DNA of 64,000 bases from the NCBI GenBank assembly GCA_022706085.1, contig JAKJDF010000003.1:64813-128812 (forward strand), given 5' to 3'. Source of the DNA: Candidatus Latescibacterota bacterium. Its GTDB lineage: Bacteria; Latescibacterota; MWCZ01. The notes beneath the pieces are model-generated. The model ran no database searches. It was not told the DNA's origin and worked only from the letters and a program-made list of their open reading frames with translations. The position numbers were made by a program, and so were the translations under genes. The stretch's first letter is position 1; each line of letters begins with the position of its first letter. Positions 18,125-28,454 of the stretch are shown one piece after another.

Positions 18125-19009
18125 ATGCCACGCCCGCGGACAAAATGGATGGAGCGCTGTGTCGAGTTGACGCTCGTTGTCGCCGCTTCCACAAGCATAA
18201 TTCTCGTGGGGCTGATCTTCCTCTTTCTTTTCCGGGAAGCCGCACCATTTGTGCAGCATCCGGGTCTTTCCTCGCTCATGGGTGATCGTTGGATACCGGT
18301 ATCATTCCAGAAAGAGCAATTCGGCATCTATCCCTTGGTCGCGGGTTCCATACTGGTAACCGCCATCGCTACGGTTGTGGCAGTTCCTTTCGGGGTCATC
18401 GGCGCGGTGTATCTCTCCGAAGTTGCCAGACCGGCGGAAACGGAAACGCTCAAACCCTTCATCGAATTGCTCGCGGGAATTCCGTCCGTCGTGATAGGTT
18501 TCTTTGGCCTCGTCGTTCTGGCGCCGCTTGTGAAGGCAGCGTTTGGTCTGGAGACGGGCCTGAACGCGTTTACCGGAGGGCTTCTGCTCGGGCTCATGGC
18601 AATTCCCACGATCATGTCGGTCTCTGAAGACGCGTTACGCAGTGTTCCGGCCTCCTACAAACAGGCCTCGCTTGCGTTAGGTGGGAACCAGATTCAAACA
18701 ATCTGGCGCATCACCGTTCCGGCCGCGCTGCCGGGTATTGTTGCCGCCGTGATGCTGGGAATGGGCCGTGTCATAGGCGAGACAATGGCGGTGATGATGG
18801 TTACGGGAAACGCTGCGCAGACCACCTTCAAACCGTTCGAATCGGTACGCACGATGACCGCAACCATTGCGGCGGAAATGGGCGAAGTACCGTTCGGAAG
18901 TGATCATTACCGCGCGTTGTTCTGGGTCGGGATAATCCTTCTTGTGGCCACGCTCCTGTTGAACATCGTTGCTCAACGGGTACTCAAACGGTACAGTGTG
19001 CGGCAATGA
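18125..19009 (+). CDS. pstC: Phosphate ABC transporter permease PstC
   Basis: Six-TM permease carrying the EAA-like motif. Conserved pstS-pstC-pstA-pstB order. Confidence 0.9.
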   Translation: MPRPRTKWMERCVELTLVVAASTSIILVGLIFLFLFREAAPFVQHPGLSSLMGDRWIPVSFQKEQFGIYPLVAGSILVTAIATVVAVPFGVIGAVYLSEVARPAETETLKPFIELLAGIPSVVIGFFGLVVLAPLVKAAFGLETGLNAFTGGLLLGLMAIPTIMSVSEDALRSVPASYKQASLALGGNQIQTIWRITVPAALPGIVAAVMLGMGRVIGETMAVMMVTGNAAQTTFKPFESVRTMTATIAAEMGEVPFGSDHYRALFWVGIILLVATLLLNIVAQRVLKRYSVRQ

Positions 19010-19857
19010 GACAACGCTCCAATGGCTTTCTCGCGATCTGGGCGATGCGGATCATCTTCTACCTGCTCGTTTCGTCGGTAGGGATTATTGTTCTGGACGT
19101 ACTCTGGAAGGGACTCCCTTCAATCAGTCTTTCGTTCCTTCTCGATTCGCCCAGACGGAGCGGCGCGGAAGGCGGAATTTTTCCCGCTATTGTTGGGACG
19201 GTATATCTCGTCACCGGCGCTATCGCTGCGGCTCTGCCGCTCGGAATTGCCAGCGCGGTCTACCTTTCCGAATACGCGAAACAAGGGCTGTTCACAAGGT
19301 GGGTTCGGTTCGCAATAATCACTCTTGCTGGCGTTCCATCCGTTGTGTTCGGTCTTTTCGGCCTCGGCTTGTTCGTCATTTTCCTGGGATTCGGAGCTTC
19401 GGTTCTTGCCGGGAGCCTGACCCTTGCGGCCATGATTCTCCCGACGATCATCGTTGCCAGCGAAGAGGCCTTGCAGGCAGTTCCGCGGGAACTCCGGGAA
19501 GCAAGCCTCGCCCTCGGCGCAACGCGCTGGCAGACTATCTGGAGATCGGTTCTTCCGTATTCCGTATCCGGAATCATGACCGGATCAATCCTTGGTATCG
19601 GGCGGGCGGCGGGAGAAACCGCGCCGATTCTTCTTACTGCGGCGGCCTTTTTTCTGCCGAATCTTCCCGAGTCGCCGTTTGACCAGGTCATGGCATTACC
19701 GTATCACCTCTACATTCTCGCAACTCAGCACCCGGAAGCCGCCAAGGTCCGAGAGATGCAGTACGGCACTGCGCTGGTGCTGTTGGTACTGGTTCTCGGC
19801 ATCAACATGGCGGCGATTCTTTTGAGAGGCCGTTTCAGGAAGAAGTACCGATGGTAG
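19006..19857 (+). CDS. pstA: Phosphate ABC transporter permease PstA
   Basis: Permease that overlaps pstC by ATGA. Confidence 0.9.
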   Translation: MRQRSNGFLAIWAMRIIFYLLVSSVGIIVLDVLWKGLPSISLSFLLDSPRRSGAEGGIFPAIVGTVYLVTGAIAAALPLGIASAVYLSEYAKQGLFTRWVRFAIITLAGVPSVVFGLFGLGLFVIFLGFGASVLAGSLTLAAMILPTIIVASEEALQAVPRELREASLALGATRWQTIWRSVLPYSVSGIMTGSILGIGRAAGETAPILLTAAAFFLPNLPESPFDQVMALPYHLYILATQHPEAAKVREMQYGTALVLLVLVLGINMAAILLRGRFRKKYRW

Positions 19858-20630
19858 ATACGGGTGAACGAACGTCTGACGCAAAAATCGTTGTGGAACA
19901 CCTCGACTTTCACTACGGTTCGGTGCAGGCGCTCTTTGATGTCTGCGTTGAGATGGCACCCCGGAAGGTGACGGCGTTCATTGGTCCTTCCGGGTGCGGG
20001 AAGTCAACGTTCCTTCGAACGTTGAACCGCATGAACGACATAATCCCGGGGACCCGGGTTCAGGGCCGCGTTCTTATTGACGGGCACGACATATACTCGA
20101 ACGGGACCGACGTGGTTGCGCTTCGAAGAAGCGTTGGCATGGTATTCCAGAAGTCCAATCCCTTTCCCAAGTCCATTTTCGAAAACGTCGTGTACGGACC
20201 GCGAATCCACGGCGAAAAGAACAGCGCCCGACTTCGCGAAATCGCAGAGCAGAGCCTCCAACGGGCTGGTCTCTGGGCAGAGGTGAAGGATCGGCTCGAT
20301 CAGAACGCGCTATCGCTCTCGGGAGGCCAGCAACAACGGCTGTGCATCGCTCGCGCGCTTGCGGTCGGGCCTGAAATCCTGTTGATGGACGAACCCGCAT
20401 CGGCGCTTGACCCCCGATCCACAGCGAGAATCGAGGACCTGATAGGCGAACTGCGCGAGGACTATACCATCGTGATTGTTACACACAATATGCAGCAGGC
20501 AGCGCGCGTTTCGGACTTCACCGCGTTCTTCTACGAGGGGCACCTCGTGGAGTTTGGGGAGACGCAACAGATATTCACCATGCCGAAAAAGAAGCAGACC
20601 GAAGATTATATCACAGGCAGGTTCGGTTGA
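19851..20630 (+). CDS. pstB: Phosphate ABC transporter ATP-binding protein PstB
   Basis: Walker [10 protein letters not shown], signature LSGGQQQR, Walker B LLMDEP. Confidence 0.95.
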   Translation: MVDTGERTSDAKIVVEHLDFHYGSVQALFDVCVEMAPRKVTAFIGPSGCGKSTFLRTLNRMNDIIPGTRVQGRVLIDGHDIYSNGTDVVALRRSVGMVFQKSNPFPKSIFENVVYGPRIHGEKNSARLREIAEQSLQRAGLWAEVKDRLDQNALSLSGGQQQRLCIARALAVGPEILLMDEPASALDPRSTARIEDLIGELREDYTIVIVTHNMQQAARVSDFTAFFYEGHLVEFGETQQIFTMPKKKQTEDYITGRFG

Positions 20631-20667
20631 AATCGACCGGAGTTCCAGCCTGGGAAGGAGCAAAGGG

Positions 20668-21345
20668 ATGTCCGGGCACCTCCAACGGGAAATAGAGAAC
20701 CTGAAAAAGAAGCTGCTTGCGCTCGGAGCCTTCGTGGAAGAGGATGTCCAGAAGGCGGTGACGGCCATTTCCGAGCGAAACGCCGCGGCTGCCCGGGAAG
20801 TGATCGAATCGGACCCGGAAATCGACAAAATAGAGATCGACATCGAAGAAGATTGCCTCAAGGTGCTCGCGCTGCATCAACCGGTCGCAATCGATCTTCG
20901 ATTCATTGTCGCGGTTCTCAAGATAAACAACGATCTGGAGAGGATCGGTGATCTGGCAGTCAACATCGCAGAACGGGCAGCATTTCTCGCCACACAGGAG
21001 CGGGTGAACATCCCGTTCGATTTCGCGGGTATGGCTTCGAAAGCGAAGAAGATGCTTGCGCGAAGCCTGGATGCGCTCATAAACGGCGACACGGAACTCG
21101 CGCATTCGGTGTGCGCTGCGGACGACGAAGTCGACCAGATAAACAGGGAGATGTATTACCAGATTCAGGACGGCATTCGGAATAACCCCGAACAGATGGT
21201 CTGCCTGCTTCACCTCCTGAGTGTCTCACGGCACCTTGAACGAATCGCGGACCACGCGACGAATATCGCTGAGGACGTGATTTACATGATCGCAGGGGAG
21301 ATAGTCCGGCACAGGGTGGAGGAGTTTACGCAGAAAAGATCGTGA
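20668..21345 (+). CDS. phoU: Phosphate signalling regulator PhoU
   Basis: Two PhoU repeats (DxxIDxxExxIxxxCLxxLALHQPVAIDLR). RBS GGGAAGGAG. Confidence 0.9.
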   Translation: MSGHLQREIENLKKKLLALGAFVEEDVQKAVTAISERNAAAAREVIESDPEIDKIEIDIEEDCLKVLALHQPVAIDLRFIVAVLKINNDLERIGDLAVNIAERAAFLATQERVNIPFDFAGMASKAKKMLARSLDALINGDTELAHSVCAADDEVDQINREMYYQIQDGIRNNPEQMVCLLHLLSVSRHLERIADHATNIAEDVIYMIAGEIVRHRVEEFTQKRS

Positions 21346-21372
21346 GGGAGTTATCACTGCGAAGGTCCACGC

Positions 21373-21408
21373 GAAAAGGGGTGATCCCGGGATCACCCCT
21401 TTCTCTTT
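21373..21408 (+). terminator. Intrinsic terminator after phoU, probably bidirectional
   Basis: Perfect palindrome GGGGTGATCCCGGGATCACCCC followed by TTTCTCTTT. The convergent ridA gene ends 40 nt away. Confidence 0.8.
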
Positions 21409-21446
21409 CAGAAGACTGAGCAATGCCGGTTTCCGCCGGCACTTCG

Positions 21447-21824
21447 TCACGGCATCACTGCGATGCAATCCATTTCGATTTTGATGTCAACCGGCGCTTC
21501 GGCGTGAACAGTCGTGCGCGCTGGCTTGATCTCTCCGAAATACTCCCCGTAGATGCGATTCATTGCCCTGAAATCCTTCATGTCCTGAAGGAAAACGCCT
21601 ACCTTTACCACGTTCTCCAGACTCGTTCCCGCCGCCTCAAGGATTGCCTTGATGGTTTCGATCGTGAGCCTGGTCTGTTCTTCAATGGTGCCTTGAACGA
21701 TCTGCCCGGTGGCAGGGTCCAACGGCCCCTGTCCAGAGACAAACACGAAACCGTTCGCTTTCACAGCCTGGCAGTACGGTGCGATCGGTCGTGGTGCCTT
21801 GCTTGTTTCAACGAGTTCGCGCAT
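21447..21824 (-). CDS. ridA: RidA/YjgF-family reactive-intermediate deaminase
   Basis: 125 aa with the APYCQAV...GQGP...PARTTV YjgF signature. RBS GGAGG. Confidence 0.85.
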   Translation of the reverse strand: MRELVETSKAPRPIAPYCQAVKANGFVFVSGQGPLDPATGQIVQGTIEEQTRLTIETIKAILEAAGTSLENVVKVGVFLQDMKDFRAMNRIYGEYFGEIKPARTTVHAEAPVDIKIEMDCIAVMP

Positions 21825-22021
21825 GATGAACCTCCGGAGAAGATGGTTCCACTGATACGAGAATGATTGATCGAGCGCAAAAACCAATATACCGGGTCCC
21901 GACCGGGCGCCCAAGCGGGAACAACGGCGCGCCGGTTGTGAAGGCACACGTGAAGTTCTACATTCAGAGTGCTTTTGGGATTCGAAGCATGAGAATTACG
22001 TCCGGAGCGGAGGAAGACCGC

Positions 22022-23017
22022 ATGAATGTTCGGTGGGGAGTGATCGGAGCGGGGGGCGTTGCCCGGCGAAGAAGTATGCCGGCAATCCGACAAGCGAAAA
22101 ATGCCGAACTTGTTGCGCTGATGGTGCGGGACAGGGAACGAGCTGACGCTCTGGCGAAGGAGTTCTCCGTTCCGCGCGCATACACGGACTGGCGGGAACT
22201 TCTTGCCGACACTGAGGTGGACGCGGTTCACATTGCCACGCCCGTGTACTTGCATGCCGAACAGGTGATTGCCGCGGCCCAGGCGGGGAAGCACGTTCTG
22301 TGCGACAAGCCGATGGGCATGTCCGCGCTCGAATGTCGGCGAATGACCGACGCGTGCTCGGCGAACGGAGTCCATCTCCAGGTGTGCTTCCTCATGAGGT
22401 TCGGTTCCGTGTATCAGCGCCTCGGAAGGGAAATCAGGGACGGACGATTTGGAACAGTACTTGAGGCCAGAGCCACGATCTTCAAAGCGCTCCCGCTTGC
22501 TGACGACGCTTGGCGATTGATACCGGAACAGAGTGGTGGCGGGCCACTGATGGACCTCGGAGCACATACCATAGACATACTCAGCTTCCTTTTGGGGCCC
22601 ATGGAGTCGGCGGTGGCGTTCGCGGCGAATCGAGCCACGAACTGGCGGGTGGAAGACACGGTATCGCTGTTGTTGCGAGCCAGATCGGGAGCAATTTGCG
22701 CGGTGGAGCACAGTTTCTGCGCGAAGGGCGGCGATCAGACCCTCGAAGTGAACGGAACGGAGGCCAGCGCGCTCGTTTCCACGCCGCCCCCGGGAGGCGA
22801 AAAGCCATTCCTCAGGATTGCCGATTCACAAGGCGTGGCGACCGAAACGGTGCCTTTTGAGAATTACTATCAGCTGCAAATCGAACACTTCGCGGAATGC
22901 CTTTCCGGAAACGTCACTCCGCTCGCAACGGGAGAGGATGGTATCCACAACCTGGCGGTGATCGAAGCGGCGTACCGTTCGGTTCAGACAAACAGGGTGG
23001 AGGCTGTGCAGACATGA
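22022..23017 (+). CDS. Gfo/Idh/MocA-family NAD(P)-dependent oxidoreductase
   Basis: WGVIGAGGVARR Rossmann N-terminus and the CDKPMGMS motif (EKP-type). RBS GGAGGAAG. Confidence 0.85.
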   Translation: MNVRWGVIGAGGVARRRSMPAIRQAKNAELVALMVRDRERADALAKEFSVPRAYTDWRELLADTEVDAVHIATPVYLHAEQVIAAAQAGKHVLCDKPMGMSALECRRMTDACSANGVHLQVCFLMRFGSVYQRLGREIRDGRFGTVLEARATIFKALPLADDAWRLIPEQSGGGPLMDLGAHTIDILSFLLGPMESAVAFAANRATNWRVEDTVSLLLRARSGAICAVEHSFCAKGGDQTLEVNGTEASALVSTPPPGGEKPFLRIADSQGVATETVPFENYYQLQIEHFAECLSGNVTPLATGEDGIHNLAVIEAAYRSVQTNRVEAVQT

Positions 23018-23844
23018 AGCGATACGCGCTCCGTGGCGCTCTCGCAGTGGTTCTCATGATCATGGTCGGGTGTGCTCCGAAACCGGCCGAGCGGCCGCGC
23101 GGCCCGCAGCAACCACCTATGGTCCTGATTCCTGCGGGGGAGTACCTGGTCGGCAATGACGACGGCCCGGAAAACGAACGTCCCGCACACAAAGTGCGCG
23201 TTCGTGCGTTCATGATCGACAAGTTCGAGGTGACCAACCGCGCGTATTTGCAATTTGTGCGCGAAACCGGGTTCCCGGCACCACCACGCTGGCTTCCCGA
23301 CAGCACAATCCTTGGTCCCACGGATCGTCTGCCATTCGATGAGCGGGAAGCCGATCTGCCAGTGACGTACGTTTCGTGGGAAGACGCTAATGCGTACGCG
23401 CGCTGGCGGGGCTGCAGACTTCCGACGGAAGCGGAGTGGGAAATCGCGGCGCGCTGTTCCACGGCATTACTCTACCCGTGGGGAAATGATTCTCTCGCCA
23501 CGGACGGGAAGCACGCGGCAAACACGGGCGAAGAGAGTGACGGATTTCCGGGGTTGGCTCCGGCGGGCAGTTATGGGAATGGCGCATCATGCTGGGGTGC
23601 TGAGGATCTCGTGGGAAATGTGTGGGAGTGGACGGCGGATTGGTACGTGCCCGCGGCCTACAGAGAAGCTTCACCGACCGGGCTCGCGGGGGTGGTTTCA
23701 GATAGCCTCTTTCGACAGCGGGTGATACGGGGAGGTTCGTGGTTTGATCCACCGGGACGCGTGAAAGCGACGACGCGCACCGGTTTTGACCCGTCCTTCC
23801 GGAGTGACATCATCGGGTTTCGCTGTGCCCGCGATTCTGAATAG
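23014..23844 (+). CDS. Formylglycine-generating-enzyme (FGE/SUMF1) domain lipoprotein
   Basis: Lipobox MIMVGC, with the VSWEDANAYARWRG...LPTEAEWE...GNVWEWT...RGGSW motifs. ATGA overlap with the upstream oxidoreductase. Confidence 0.8.
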   Translation: MKRYALRGALAVVLMIMVGCAPKPAERPRGPQQPPMVLIPAGEYLVGNDDGPENERPAHKVRVRAFMIDKFEVTNRAYLQFVRETGFPAPPRWLPDSTILGPTDRLPFDEREADLPVTYVSWEDANAYARWRGCRLPTEAEWEIAARCSTALLYPWGNDSLATDGKHAANTGEESDGFPGLAPAGSYGNGASCWGAEDLVGNVWEWTADWYVPAAYREASPTGLAGVVSDSLFRQRVIRGGSWFDPPGRVKATTRTGFDPSFRSDIIGFRCARDSE

Positions 23845-23856
23845 GTTCTCCGTCAG

Positions 23857-24618
23857 ATGAAGGACGACGCACCGCTCCTGAGCTTCTGGGACCACCTCGA
23901 GGAGTTGCGGTGGCGCATCGTCAAGTCCATACTCGCGCTTCTTATCGGCGGGATCCTTTCGCTGTTCTTTTCCGATCGCATTCTCGCGCTTCTGCTCCTC
24001 CCGCTTGGCGAACTCAGGGGTACCGTTCACCTCGTCAATCTCTCCCCCCTCAGCATGGTCATGGTTCGGCTTTACATAGCCATCGTCGCAGGACTTCTTG
24101 CAGGTCTCCCGGTAATAGTGTACCAGGTATGGTCCTTCGTTGTGCCCGGACTCTATCCGCACGAGCGCAGGGCGGTACCCTGGGTTCTGATAAGCACGTT
24201 TCTGCTCTTCGTGATTGGCGCCTCCCTTTCTTATGCGATCATGCCTTTTCTGTTCAAGGTCCTCGTTGAAGCCGGCTATCAGGGTGTCGAGAATTTCTGG
24301 AATATTCGTGAGTACATGGGGTTTCTCCTGGGATTCATGGGTGCCTTTGGCGTCGTGTTCGAAATGCCGGTGGCAGTGTATATTCTTTCCGTCGTAGGAA
24401 TCGCGACGCCAACAGGTCTGCGCCGGTCACGGAAGTACGCTATCGTCCTCATCTTTGTCATCTCCGCCGTACTTACACCTTCGCCGGATCCGTTCAGTCA
24501 GATAGCGATGGCACTCCCTCTTGTGGCCCTTTTCGAGGTCAGCATTGGCGTTTCCGCGCTCGTGCACCGGCGGAAAAAACGTCGCCGAGAAGCTGCAGAA
24601 GCGGAAAACGCGCAATAG
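23857..24618 (+). CDS. tatC: Twin-arginine translocase subunit TatC
   Basis: LxFWDHLEELRWR N-terminus and six-TM topology. Confidence 0.9.
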   Translation: MKDDAPLLSFWDHLEELRWRIVKSILALLIGGILSLFFSDRILALLLLPLGELRGTVHLVNLSPLSMVMVRLYIAIVAGLLAGLPVIVYQVWSFVVPGLYPHERRAVPWVLISTFLLFVIGASLSYAIMPFLFKVLVEAGYQGVENFWNIREYMGFLLGFMGAFGVVFEMPVAVYILSVVGIATPTGLRRSRKYAIVLIFVISAVLTPSPDPFSQIAMALPLVALFEVSIGVSALVHRRKKRRREAAEAENAQ

Positions 24619-24715
24619 GTGTGGCAGGCAGCGTATCCGCGTTTGGTTTATCGGCGCATGAGTGGTACTTTTTACTTCTTACGCACGACGAATACACTGT
24701 TACTGGAGCCGGGAA

Positions 24716-25483
24716 ATGGGCGGAGTACTTCCTGTCCGTCTGGGAGTTAATCTCGATCATGTCGCTACCGTCCGTCAGGCACGGAAAACGACAGAACCGA
24801 ATCCGGTGCAGGCAGCTCTGCTGGCCGAACTCGGGGGAGCCGACCAGATAACGATACACCTTCGTGAGGACCGGCGGCATATTCAGGATTACGACCTCGA
24901 ACTCATGCGCCGTGTCACCCAGCTCCCGATCAACCAGGAAATGGGCGTGACAGAGGAAATGCTGGGTATTGCCCTCCGCATTCACCCGAATGTCGCGTGC
25001 CTTGTACCGGAAAAGCGCGCTGAAGTCACGACTGAAGGTGGGCTGGACGTCGTCGGCAACCGTGAACGGGTTGCGCACGCCATGGAACGGCTCCATGCGG
25101 CGGGCATTGCTGTCTCATTGTTCATCGATCCGGAACCCGCGCAGGTTCGAGTTGCTGCGGAGCTGGGTGCGGAAGCAATCGAGCTCCATACCGGGGAATA
25201 TGCCAACTCCCGGGATGCGGAACAGGCAACACAACTCCACCGGCTGGAAGCTGCCGCCGTTCTGGGAAATGATCTTGGTCTGGAAGTCCACGCGGGCCAC
25301 GGCCTGACATACCAGAATGTGTCACGTGTGGCGTCAATTCCGCAGATCGTGGAATTGAATATCGGTCATTCTATTATCGCTCGCGCGTTGTACGTAGGTC
25401 TCAGGCAGGCCGTCACCGAAATGCGGACCCTGCTTACCGAGGCCCGGAATGAGGCGCGCCTGAATTCCTTGTCTGACAAGTAA
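24716..25483 (+). CDS. pdxJ: Pyridoxine 5'-phosphate synthase PdxJ
   Basis: LGVNLDHVATVRQAR...IHLREDRRHI motifs. The start was chosen at MGGVL, after GGAG. Confidence 0.85.
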   Translation: MGGVLPVRLGVNLDHVATVRQARKTTEPNPVQAALLAELGGADQITIHLREDRRHIQDYDLELMRRVTQLPINQEMGVTEEMLGIALRIHPNVACLVPEKRAEVTTEGGLDVVGNRERVAHAMERLHAAGIAVSLFIDPEPAQVRVAAELGAEAIELHTGEYANSRDAEQATQLHRLEAAAVLGNDLGLEVHAGHGLTYQNVSRVASIPQIVELNIGHSIIARALYVGLRQAVTEMRTLLTEARNEARLNSLSDK

Positions 25484-25487
25484 GGAG

Positions 25488-28238
25488 TTGCCACGCATGC
25501 CACGTGGGTTGCAGATCAGAATTGCCCTGTTGCTGGTGATAATTGGCTGGGCCGTTTACCAGCTTTACCCGACGTTCGTGTTCTGGCCGCTGACCGTGCA
25601 GCAACGCCAGGCTCTGCAGTTGACTGATAAGGCAAAATTTGATGATCTGCAGATGCGCGCGATCAAACGGGGCCTCGACCTGCAGGGAGGTGTGTTTCTC
25701 GTACTCGAGGTGGACCCGGCACGCACGATGACCGGCGGGGCCCTTGCAGATGCCGTGGAGGGGGCAAGGCGCGTCATCGAACAGCGCGTGAATCAGTACG
25801 GCGTCTCTGAAGCGAACGTCCAGAAAATCGGTGAGCGGCGAATCATCGTTGAGTTGCCCGGTCTGGATAACATTGAAGCCGCGATGCGCCTTGTCGGCCG
25901 TACCGCGCTTCTCAGGTTCAATCTCCTCAGGCCTGTATCGGAGCGCGATGAGGTTGTGAAACGTATCGATGCAGTTCTGCCCCAGCTGCTTTCAGGGGTA
26001 GTAATCGACACCACGTCTTCCGCTGATTCCTCTGCCGCCGCTTCCGCGGCTTCGACCGCCCGCGCCGCCACGGATTCAACCCCCGCGCCGCAAGGGGAGT
26101 TGTTCGGTGGTGCCCGGCAGCCACAGAGCACCCAGACGGGTGTGGCGCGAGCCGACTCTGCACGCGAGAACCCGCTCAAAGGACTCACGTCATTCAGCGG
26201 CTTGCTGAATGTCGGGCCGGGCAACGACTACTACGTGTCCACGGTGAACAAACCAAAAGTCGAAGCAGTACTGTCGCTGATTGCGGAGAAGAACCCCGGC
26301 CTCATCCCGTCGGCGGGGGAGTTTCTGTTCGGCAAGGAAGAGTTGATCAACGGGCAGTATGTAACCCCCCTTTACTACGTCTCCTCCAGCGCCGAGATGA
26401 CCGGCGCCAGCGTAAAGGATGCGCAGGTTTCGCAGGGATCCAATCTCGACATTGAACAGGCGGGACGTCCCGTCATCAATTTCGAGGTAAAGGAGGATTC
26501 AGTTCGCCTGTTTTCTGCGCTCACCCGGCGCAATCGTGGCGAACGAATGGCAATCGTTCTGGACAATGTGGTGTATTCAGCGCCCACCATTCAGGCACAC
26601 ATCACGGACGGGCGGTCCATCATAACAGGCATGGCGGACAAGGAGGAGGCGCGGAGTCTCGCTATTGCGATTCGTTCGGGAGCATTGCCCGCCGAGGTTC
26701 AGGTTCAGGAACAGCGCTATGTTGGGCCTTCGCTCGGAACGGATTCAATCGAATCAAGCCTGAGAGCCTCGATGATTGCGGGTATCGCGGTCATCGCCTT
26801 CATGGTGCTGTACTATCGTCTGGGCGGGGCGATGGCAGTAACCAGCCAGATGCTGAACCTTTGCCTGGTCATGGCAAGCCTTGCGGCGTTGCACGGAACG
26901 CTCACTCTGCCCGGGGTCGCCGGACTAATCTTGACGCTGGGAATGGCGGTCGACTCGAACGTCCTTATTTTTGAGCGCATGCGCGAAGAGAGCAACAGCG
27001 GAAAAAACCCGCGCGCGACAATCGAATCGGGCTTCAAAAACGCTTCGAGCGCCATCTGGGATTCCAACATCACGACCCTCATCAGTGCGATTGTGCTGTA
27101 CCAGTTCGGAACCGGTCCCGTTCGCGGCTTCGCGCTCGTTCTTGCGATCGGCATTGGAGGTACTGTCTTCGCCGCGCTGTTTATTACTCGCCTGTTCTAT
27201 GATCTGTATGCGCATTTTGGAAGGCTCCGCACCATATCATTGGGCGTCCCCTTCCTCAAGAACCCTCACTTCCAGTTCCTGAAATGGCGGAAACCGTGGT
27301 TCATTGGCTCCGGTATCGTTCTGGTTGTCAGTGTGGTCAGCATTCTCACGGTTGGCTTCAACTGGGGAGTGGATTTCACGGGAGGTACCCGTCTTGCCGT
27401 TCGCTTTGTGCCACCCGTCAAACCCGGCGACGTGCGGACTGCGCTTCGACGGGTTCCCGTTGGCAACCGAGTGCTGGATCTATCGCAGAGCGAGATAAAA
27501 ACCGTTGACGAAGCAACGGATCTACTCATAACAGTGAAGCAGATTTCCAATGTTGAAGCTGCTGCAGTAGACAGCGCTTTGCGGATTCGCCTTTCTGACG
27601 CCTTTCCCGCAAGCACAAAAGGGGATTGGGTTTTGAACGCGGAATCCGTTGGCCCAAAGGTGGGGTCTGAACTGAAGAGCTCGGCCATTTACGCAGTTCT
27701 GTTCTCTCTGATCGGAATCCTCATCTACCTGTCTTTCCGTTTTGAGTGGATCTACGCAGTCACGACGACAGCGTCACTGTTTCACGACGTCCTTCTCGCT
27801 CTTGGTATTTTTGCGCTGATCCGGCACGAAGTCACGCTGTCAGTGGTAGCGGCAGTCCTTACGATGGTAGGGTACTCTCTGAACGACACGATTGTGGTGT
27901 TTGACCGCATACGTGAAGGCCTTCGAATCCACGGCAGAAGGCTGACATTCGGCGAGATACTGGACAAATCGATCAACGAAACGCTTACCCGGACCATCAT
28001 AACGAGTGGCACCACTCTTCTGGCCGTCGTTGCGCTGCTCATTTTCGCCGGGCAGACTCTGAAGGACTTCGCTCTCGTTCTGTTCATCGGCGTTCTCACC
28101 GGTACGTACTCCTCTATCTACCTCGCTGCCGCGCTCGTGTTCGAGTGGCAGAACCGGCAGCAGAGTCGCGCGGCCGAAACGGTGAGGAAACGCGGCGCTT
28201 TCGCAGTCAATAAGGCGAGGAAGAGCGCAACAACGTAG
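25488..28238 (+). CDS. secDF: Fused protein-export membrane protein SecDF
   Basis: 916 aa. The SecD periplasmic domain plus 6 TM is followed by the SecF 6 TM (DSNVLIFERMRE and DTIVVFDRIRE motifs). Confidence 0.9.
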   Translation: MPRMPRGLQIRIALLLVIIGWAVYQLYPTFVFWPLTVQQRQALQLTDKAKFDDLQMRAIKRGLDLQGGVFLVLEVDPARTMTGGALADAVEGARRVIEQRVNQYGVSEANVQKIGERRIIVELPGLDNIEAAMRLVGRTALLRFNLLRPVSERDEVVKRIDAVLPQLLSGVVIDTTSSADSSAAASAASTARAATDSTPAPQGELFGGARQPQSTQTGVARADSARENPLKGLTSFSGLLNVGPGNDYYVSTVNKPKVEAVLSLIAEKNPGLIPSAGEFLFGKEELINGQYVTPLYYVSSSAEMTGASVKDAQVSQGSNLDIEQAGRPVINFEVKEDSVRLFSALTRRNRGERMAIVLDNVVYSAPTIQAHITDGRSIITGMADKEEARSLAIAIRSGALPAEVQVQEQRYVGPSLGTDSIESSLRASMIAGIAVIAFMVLYYRLGGAMAVTSQMLNLCLVMASLAALHGTLTLPGVAGLILTLGMAVDSNVLIFERMREESNSGKNPRATIESGFKNASSAIWDSNITTLISAIVLYQFGTGPVRGFALVLAIGIGGTVFAALFITRLFYDLYAHFGRLRTISLGVPFLKNPHFQFLKWRKPWFIGSGIVLVVSVVSILTVGFNWGVDFTGGTRLAVRFVPPVKPGDVRTALRRVPVGNRVLDLSQSEIKTVDEATDLLITVKQISNVEAAAVDSALRIRLSDAFPASTKGDWVLNAESVGPKVGSELKSSAIYAVLFSLIGILIYLSFRFEWIYAVTTTASLFHDVLLALGIFALIRHEVTLSVVAAVLTMVGYSLNDTIVVFDRIREGLRIHGRRLTFGEILDKSINETLTRTIITSGTTLLAVVALLIFAGQTLKDFALVLFIGVLTGTYSSIYLAAALVFEWQNRQQSRAAETVRKRGAFAVNKARKSATT

Positions 28239-28454
28239 GCGGAGAACGACAGGTGTGCGAGTCTCTGCAACTATGGCGTAATTCTGTCTTTTTGGCGTAG
28301 CTGTCTCATGTGCAGGTCATCGGGCATATATTTTGCCCTTCTGACCTTCTCGATTGTCCGTGTCGCTGACGTAGTGTTGCGGGTATGATGCGGCGTAAGG
28401 GTACCTCCGGCAATCGGCCGGAAATGGCTGGATAGAAAGGGAATTGAGCTCGAC

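Noticed and set aside
28239-28454. 216-bp intergenic region between secDF and fmdB checked for RNase P, SRP and tmRNA signatures
   Set aside because: No conserved ncRNA core motifs were seen (no GGAGGAAAGTCCGGGC-like or SRP domain-IV sequence). It is most likely ordinary promoter or UTR DNA.
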